Of a DNA stretch of 64,000 nt, positions 55,860-64,000 are shown piece after piece; positions within the stretch are counted from its first letter, which is position 1; every line of letters begins with the position of its first letter. The notes under the pieces were generated by a model. The model searched no databases. It was not told the DNA's origin and saw nothing but the letters and a program-made list of their open reading frames with translations. The position numbers were made by a program, and so were the translations under genes. Location: assembly GCA_001938485.1 (NCBI GenBank), contig MQRK01248900.1, forward strand, positions 79,055-143,054. Direction: 5' to 3'. This DNA comes from Girardia tigrina. Taxonomy: Eukaryota.

Positions 55860-56330
55860 TTCAATTATAAGCTTACAGAGACGTATTAGAGAAGTCAAAC
55901 ATTCCAAAATCAACGATACATGATATCTTAAAGCATTTCCTGTGCATGATAAATTAAAGAAGTTTCCAAGATTATGTTTACAAAATATATTGTAAAATTG
56001 TGTCTATTACTGAATGCTTCAAAGTACAAAATATGTAGATGGGAAGAAACTGCTTACAACAATGTATAATATAAATATTAGTACTTCTACTGTTAAGTGA
56101 AAATTACATAAAACTTATCGTTTCGATAAACCTTCTCTGAAAAATCTGTGTCTAAAAAGACCAATTAAGTAACGCTTAGAGTTCATAAAGAAGAATCTAA
56201 ACTGGACTGTTGTGGATTGGAGCAGAGTTTAATGGTCTGATGTGATTAAGATATGTCTTAATGTAAATAATAACAGAAGGTTGACTGGGAAGAATCATAA
56301 TTAAATCTTAAAGGCAAAGTATGAAACAGA
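55860..56330 (+). mobile_element. Tc1-like transposase remnant
   Basis: KRLEFIKKNLNWTVVDWSRV*WSD. Confidence 0.55.
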
Positions 56331-56382
56331 AAGTCAATTATATTAAATTGGTTTTGACAGGGGTCGGCAACCTATATCGAGC

Positions 56383-56432
<50 letters not shown>

Positions 56433-56651
56433 TTACACATGATTTATAATAAATTATCAATTCATATAGCACAAAAAGGAAATTAAAAAAGTCACTTCCA
56501 GTGATTATTTTGTATTTTTATATGTGTGTCAATTTGACCTACATATGACGTATTAGGTTGTAAAAACTTTTCGACATCGGAAGTATACTTTTTAAATGAT
56601 GTTTACCAGGTGATATAATCATAAATAGCCCAATGACATATAGTTATAATA

Positions 56652-57043
56652 TAAATAAACCTAGTAAATCAAAAAAAACTTTTTATATACATTCTTTATG
56701 CGGGCAGAACTCTACATTGCCAACAGAATTTCTTTTTAATTTTTTAATTTTTATTTTTTTATTTTTTAAAAATATTTTTTAATTAACTTGTGAGACTTTA
56801 AATCGGTTTACTGGACTTGATTTATTTTTCAATTTATTTATTCGCGTAAGATAAACTACTTATAATCTATAAGTAGATCTTTTTATACTAATATTGTACA
56901 GAAAATCTGATTTTGGCATTTTTTCCCAAATCTAAGACCTTCAAAAGTTTTTTTGATCAAATTTTCACATTATCATTTATTGTCATCGAAAATGAGGAAG
57001 TGCAAAGTTTGGAGAAAATTGATTGAGTTAAAAGCCTTCAAAA
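56652..57043 (-). repeat. Dispersed repeat family A, second copy
   Basis: Reverse-complement similarity to 39517-39952. Confidence 0.65.
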
Positions 57044-57709
57044 TTAGGTTTCTAAATTCCTTTGATACATATATATATATATATAGAAAGCAAGTTAATA
57101 AAAAGAATGGGAAAAAGGTTACGATAAGGGTGCCCATATTGGTTTAAAATCAATCTTTATTCTGGTAATGGTCAAATTGACCCACATTTCTGTACTGTTA
57201 ACAAAGATTTGTAAGATAAAGATTTGCTATATGAATAAATTTGGTGTTGAATATGAACTGTGAACTTGCTGATCATGAAAATAGATAAACGTGACTAACA
57301 AAGTAAAATTTTTAAATGGATGAATATTTGTTTTTTCATAAAAAAATCTCATCAGGATTAATGTTTATCAATAAAAATAATGTTTCTAATAATAATTATT
57401 ATATTAATTATTATTATTATTACAATTTTAACATTAATTTCTATAACACGAAAATTGATTAAAATTTTAAAACAAGCAATTATTATTTTCAATAAAAAGA
57501 AATTTTTCGTCGTTTCTTAAGTCGAAGAACGATTGTTTAAGTAATTTGTTTAAGAATTTTCCTTTCTCTTATGACTTGTCAGAGTTGATTACATATTTCT
57601 TTATAAAATAATAATAAATGACATATACAAATATTTTGGAGTTCGATTGTTTTCAAACATCATGTTCATTTGAAAATAACTTTTGTAATTAATTAATTAT
57701 ATTTATCAG

Positions 57710-57962
57710 GTAATGAAAGACTTTCCTGATGAATTAAGAGGAGAAATCGCATTGCATCTGAATAAGGAAATTCTTTCATTGTCAATTTTCAAATCGGCAA
57801 GTCACGGATGTAGGAAAACACTCGCTCAACAAATCAAAACAATGTTTGCTACTCCTGGAGAATACGTTGTCTACCGCGGGGATGCCGTCAAATACATCTA
57901 CTTCGTTTGTAGCGGATCTTTGGAAATTCTGGACGATTTCGAATCTGTAGTAGCTTTGCTGG
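57710..57962 (+). CDS. Elk: KCNH Elk-type channel exon (C-linker end, CNBHD start)
   Basis: tcAG|GTA acceptor, phase 0. Translates VMKDFPDELRGEIALHLNKEILSL...YFVCSGSLEILDDFESVVALLG. Donor G|GTTAGA, phase 1. The gene continues beyond both ends of the window. Confidence 0.93.
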
Positions 57963-58059
57963 GTTAGATCAACGATGATTTTTTTAGTTCGTATTTTTCG
58001 ATTTTACTTATATGTTTTGTAATTAGTTTAGATTGTTAAAAAAAATTATATTATTATTG

Positions 58060-61000
58060 TGAATGACAGGTTCACTCTTAAAATTTTGAAACAATTAATT
58101 TTTATAAAGAATTTCTAAAATAAGGAAATATTTTAAATCAAAAATTTTCTAAACAATTATAATTAAAAAATATATCTTAATTAATTTAAAAAAGTTATCT
58201 TCGGAAATAATCAAATTTTAATTGTAGAGTAAAAACTTAAAATGATATTAATTGGGTAATAATGGATTTTTATATAATTGATTTAAAAGAAATATATAAA
58301 GACAAGGATAATTATGTTTGTACTAATTTTAAAAGTTATTCTAAAAAATAAAATTTTGGTGTTAATGAGTCTTAATCTCGATCAAGAACCCAATATGTCG
58401 ACCATCATCAGCAGCTTCGAACAACAAATTTCGGGGCTCATACCAGACAAATTTAGGCAACAAGATAATGTAGAAACATTCATTTCGGCTTGCGCAAGAT
58501 ACTTCAAAGTGGTTAGAGTATCGGAAAGTATGCAAGAGATATTGGTAATTGGTTTACTGTCACACGAACTCGTACCAATATACGTACCAATATACAATAG
58601 CAACAAGCACTAAGGAAGAACATTATAACGTAGTCAAAGAAGTATTTGGAAGAATAAAGAAGACAGGATTAAGAATCAAACCATCGAAATGTAAAATATT
58701 ACGACAAGAAGTAAAATTTTTAGGATACGTTATAAATGATAAAGGGATACAGACAGACCCAGAAAAAATAGCATCAATAGAGAATTTTCAAAGACCCTCA
58801 TGTATAAAAAATTTTAAGAAGTTTTCTAGGTATATACAATTACTACAGAAGTTTTATAAATGGATATGCGAAGAAAGCTAAAATATTGGAAGGAATATGT
58901 GGCTCGAATAAAGAAAAATTAATTTGGACAAATGCATGTGAAATAGCTTTTCAGGACATGAAGAAAGCATTGATAACGGCACCAATATTGAGTTTTCCGA
59001 ATTTCAAGAAACAGTTTATTCTAGATACAGACGCTAGTTTTAACAGCATAGGTGAATCAGACAAGGAGCAAGTAATAGCATATGGATCACATTCAATGTC
59101 ACCACACGAAAAAGTATATTGCATAACAAGAAAAGAACTTTTGGCAATTTTTTACTTCTGCCAACATTTCAATCATTACTTGTACGGGAAAAAATTGAAA
59201 CTGAGAACGGACCATAAAGCTATAACGTTTATGTTTCATACAAAGAAACCATTAACAGCTCAATTACAAACGTGGATGAATTACTTGAGTAGTTTAGATA
59301 TAGAAATAGAATACAGGAACGGAGAACTACACAACAACGTGGATATGCTATCAAGACGAAATTGCGACACATGTACCCAATGTCAAATGGAACATGAAGA
59401 AGCTAAAAAGTGTAAGATTAAAACTATATTGTTATCAGTGACTACAAGGAGCCAAGCGAGAGCAGGTCAAAAAGAATGGATACCAAAAGAAAAACGGAAC
59501 GATTTAATCATACAGACACATAAATTATTGTGTCATGCAGGAGCAGAAAAAGTATATGAATATCTAAGGGACAAGTTTGATATGGAGGAAGAAAAGAAAA
59601 CAGTAAAGGAGGTAGTCGGAACATGTATAGAGTGCCAACAAACAAAGACAATGACCACGAAGACAATGGAAGAAAACGTTAAAATAACAGCGTCAGAAAT
59701 ATTTGAAAATGTTTATATAGATATATGTGGACCGTGGCATGAGACAGTAAGAAGAGAAAGATACATTCTCGGAATGATAGACCACTTTAGCAAGTACATC
59801 AGCTTGACGGCAATCAAGAGACAGGACGAAGAAACAATTGTACAAACAATATTACTGTTGGGAACGTTCATAAAATATAAAATTTTTGAATCTTATCAAA
59901 TTATTAAATAAACAATTACATTCCGTAAAATATTGTTATAAATATGTTAAAATAATATTTTCAGAAGTTTAATTTAAAAAAATTAATTTAAGTAAAAAAT
60001 AAAATAAATTTTACGGTAGGGTTATTAAAAGATTTATGTAAAGATTTATTATAAAGTAAAAAAAGTTAATTTCAAATTTGATGAAAATATTTAATTGAAA
60101 TAAAATAAAAAGTAATTTAAGTTTGATATTTTATTTGCGAAATAAAAGTAAACTAAACCATTTTGGTAACTTTTAAATCAAAGTAAATTAAAAATGTGGT
60201 TATAATTTTTTTTGGAAAATGTAATTATAATTTTTGGAAATTAAAATTGGAATTAAAAAATAATTGTAAATCCATTAAATCGACTTAAATAAAAAATGCG
60301 ATTTTAATTTTTTTTTGGAAAATGTAATTGAGAAACAGGAAAATTTAAATGTACCATAAAATTGAAAAATTAATAAAAGACGCAACAAAATCTTTGTGAC
60401 AAAATTTTAATTCACTATATTTTTTTATTAAGGAAATATAGAATTTTAATTTGTAAAAAAAATATACTAACCATATTTTTATTTATATNNNNNNNNNNNN
60501 NNNNNNNNNNNNNNNNNNNNNNNNNNNNNNNNNNNNNNTAAATCGACTTAAATAAAAAATGCGATTTTAATTTTTTTTTGGAAAATGTAATTGAGAAACA
60601 GGAAAATTTAAATGTACCATAAAATTGAAAAATTAATAAAAGACGCAACAAAATCTTTGTGACAAAATTTTAATTCACTATANNNNNNNNNNNNNNNNNN
60701 NNNNNNNNNNNNNNNNNNNNNNNNNNNNNNNNNNNNNNNNNNNNNNNNNNNNNNNNNNNNNNNNNNNNTGGTTGTGTAAAAAAGAAAGTACAAAAGTTCC
60801 TCAAAAATATTTGTTTAAAAAATTCAAATTGTTATAGAAATAAATTTTTGTGTTCATGATAATGTCTTTTGATCAAGAACCCAATAATTACAAAAATGGA
60901 TGTTAAAATTTGGTGCACCAAAGGAGATACATGTTGATTGTGGTAAAAGTTTCGAGGCAAAAAAAGTTAGAGAAATGTTGGAGAGTAAAGGCTTTAAAAT

Positions 61001-61808
61001 AATTTTCTTTAGTCCATACCACCACAATACAAATGGAATAATCGAAAGACAATTCAGGACCATTCGAGAATTCATTCAAGCTAGTTTAAAAGAAAGGAAT
61101 GCCATGAGTTGGGCAGATGTATTACCAGAAGTGGAATAAGCATTAAACGCAACAAAACAAAAAAAACAATAGGGTGCAGTCCAGTGGAAGTTGTGTATGG
61201 TAAGAAAATAGGCAGACAACAGTGGTACAGTGGAAGCAAAATAGACGGAGATGATACAATACAAAAAATAAAAGAAAAGAACATCCCGGAAGGAAAGAGA
61301 CCAAAAGAGTATAGAAAGTGGGAGATATGGTCTGGATACAGAAGGAAATAAGAACGAAAGGCGAAGACAGATTTGAGGAACCATATGAAATCATAGAAAA
61401 GATTCATGATAGGAGCTATAGGCTGAAGGATACAAATGATAAACAAATAATACGGAATGTTGAAAAATTCGAAAATTTCAAAAACCCGGGGGAATATGAA
61501 GAATTTTTATAAAGAATTTCTAAAATAAGGAAATATTTAAAATCAAAAATCAAAAGTTTTTTAAGTAATTATAATTAAAAAAATATATCTTAATTAATTT
61601 TAAAAAGTTATCTTCGGAAATAATTAAATTTTAATTGTAGAGTAAAAACGTAAAATGAAATTAATTGGGAAATAATGAATTTTTAAATTATTGATTTAAA
61701 AGAAATATATAAAGACAAGGATAATTATGTTTGTACTAATTTTAAAAGTTATTCTAAGAAATAAAATTTTGGTGCTAATGAGTCTTAATCTCGATCAAGA
61801 ACCCAACA
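58060..61808 (+). mobile_element. Gypsy LTR retrotransposon, internally deleted
   Basis: LTRs 58060-58395 and 61497-61808, flanked by ATTG on both sides. PPT-like ggggga. Gag N-terminus fused to RT end, then RNase H (LDTDAS) and integrase (H..H..C..C, IDICGP, VDCG, NGIIER). Confidence 0.92.
59856..60886 (+). mobile_element. Solo LTR inserted into the Gypsy integrase
   Basis: TGTTGGGAAC...GAACCCAATA with perfect TSD ATTAC. Removing it restores QTILQKWMLKFGAP. Confidence 0.92.
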
Positions 61809-62670
61809 ATTGTCTTGTATTGATAACGTTTTCTACGTTACAATTACATTTACAAGCCATTTACAATTATTAATTTTAATAACTGGAGATATTTTTTATG
61901 GGATTTTCATAGGGTTTGCATTCATTTTAAGTTTATTTTATTACTTGTATAAGATGTTTAGAATGCCGCGAGCTACCTCCTACATGCGTTTCAAATATCT
62001 CTAATCTTCCATTTCTGTACAAATCGTAGCCTAGGGATAAATTAACCGGTCCGGTAAACTTCCTAACTTGGGACAATATAACCATGTGGGCAAGTACAGT
62101 GGTAAAGGGTAGCATACACCCGTTTCACACTAATTGGTTATAAAATAACACTAAATTATCAAAAATGATGAATTTTAGAAAATTTAAGTACTAATATATA
62201 TTTTATTTATTAGCTAAACAAAGTTAACTTCAGAACGAATCATTCAGACATAATAGGATAATTAAACTATAGTCTATGTGAGAGGAAATAGTGAGAGTTT
62301 GTTATTTACATTAAAAATTTATTAAAATAAAGACAAACAAATACGAATCTCTCATCTATTTTTTGTGTTTAATAATATGAATTGATGTACGTTGCTCAAA
62401 GTTTAATTTTTTGTTCTCTTCCAACTTTTTTCGTAAATGTTTCTATGTTTTCATGGACAGAAAATTCTGTCACAAACTGTAATTAACATTAACATAACTG
62501 TATTTCTCGTGGGCAATGTTTCTTCGTGTAACATGAATTACTATATTATCAATTTTTTAGTCTAAAATGTCTTCAGAGATGCATGCACTATACAATATTT
62601 TAAAAAGCACTCTAAATTTTTATTAATATTTTTTATGTCCCACATGTAAAGGGTGACACAACGAGTATAC

Positions 62671-63189
62671 TATTAAGAACACCAACATGGGTTTTCAAAA
62701 TTTTATTTTCATTACAATTAGAATTGTCTTTTGGACAACTCTCAGCAAAACTCTCATAATTCGACATCGTTCTAAATTGATAACTTTTAGATAATGTTTT
62801 TTAACAAACAATTATTCGAACAAATTTTTCATTATTTTCAGATTTTATTTTTACAGTTCAAATTTGGTAATTTTAGTATTAATTTTATTTAAAAATTTTA
62901 TTTTAAAAATGATTTACTTCATTTAAATTTTATTTTATTATTTTTTTTTTAATATTTACTTCATTTAAATTTTGGATATGAAAATTTGAAACGATTTAAT
63001 ATTTTTAATGTTTTTAAATATCTTATGCTGTACTTAAAATGCAAATTATACTCGAATAATTATTCATCGTGAACATCCAAAATATCAATTTTCCATCTGG
63101 GTGGGAGAAACACATTTCCAAATAGTAAACTCAACATACAAAATTCAACATACCAATTTCAACATACCAAATTTAAAATATTCCTCACA
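62671..63189 (-). repeat. Dispersed repeat family B, second copy
   Basis: Reverse complement of 53358-53909. Confidence 0.75.
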
Positions 63190-64000
63190 TATACAATCGC
63201 CAATGTTTGCGAAAATTGAAAGTTGAAAATATAAAGAAAACAAAAATACCGAAGAAATCAATTTTTAAAGACCCCTTCAAATAAATATTACGAAACATAA
63301 TTTTATTACATTAGTTACATTACATTCAAGTCAAATTTTGTATCGATCAATATATATTGGTTAATGAATAAAACATCTTTTATAAAAAGTAATAGAAAAA
63401 AAGTTATTCAACAAATTACGAAAATAAAAAACATTTTCTTTCAACAAAAATTTATTGTTAATCATTAAGAAGAATAATGGAGATTGTCAATTTTATTTTG
63501 TTAAAATAAAATATTTTATATTTTATAATTTGTTGAAAATATTATTTTTATAAATAATGTTATTTACTAATCAATCTCTTTCGATTGATGCAAAATTTAC
63601 TCGAAATTTGGACTAATGTCATAAGTTTTTATTGTGAAGTATTTATATGAAGGGTCTCTTTAAAAATGTTTTTTTTTCTATAATATTTATGCATCGTGAT
63701 AATTTATGATCATATTGGAAAATCAATAAGCTCAATTAATTTAAACTTTTGTGATAATTATTTTAATTATCCATCCTACTTTTTTACCTAATTTTTGAGT
63801 AAATTGTTATAGAATTAAGATTTTTTAGGGGCCTCCCCCAATTATTTTGTTAAAATTCTCTTTTATTCTCTAGTTGACTGCTCGCTTTGATTTCCTGTCT
63901 ATTTTATCTAAGGAAACATCGATCTAGCGTATCGTAATCATACTTATACTTATTTTCATTGTTTTCTTAGTAGTACTGAAATCAACGAATTTTATCAGGG

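Noticed and set aside
60290-60690. Tandem duplication inside the solo LTR
   Set aside because: It is bounded by N gaps and absent from the sister LTR at 10991-11921, so it is probably an assembly overlap.

Overview
Very AT-rich, repeat-dense eukaryotic scaffold with N gaps and many (AT)n tracts. A triclad flatworm (planarian) origin is plausible from composition and transposon complement, but that is inference. The only host gene is a + strand KCNH/EAG-superfamily K+ channel of the Elk (Kv12) type. Four internal exons (2145-2346, 13434-13628, 50009-50208, 57710-57962) splice in frame through S4-S5, the pore (GFGN), S6/C-linker and the start of the cyclic-nucleotide-binding homology domain. 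The introns are about 11, 36 and 7.5 kb. They contain decayed mobile elements: hAT, mariner, Tc1, DD37E, pogo/Tigger, MULE, piggyBac, Chapaev3-like, Gypsy elements and solo LTRs, NeSL-like RLE retrotransposons with a Ulp1 protease, and Penelope-like elements (PLEs). The most interesting signal is a set of about nine minimal type-I hammerhead-ribozyme motifs on both strands. Two 250-420 bp non-coding fold-back elements consist only of two inverted hammerhead-bearing arms. Other observations: a tandem array of RFX X-box-like motifs, a three-level transposon nest, Gypsy gag start codons formed at the LTR/PBS junction, inverted repeats bracketing channel exons, and unusual S4/pore residues in the channel.
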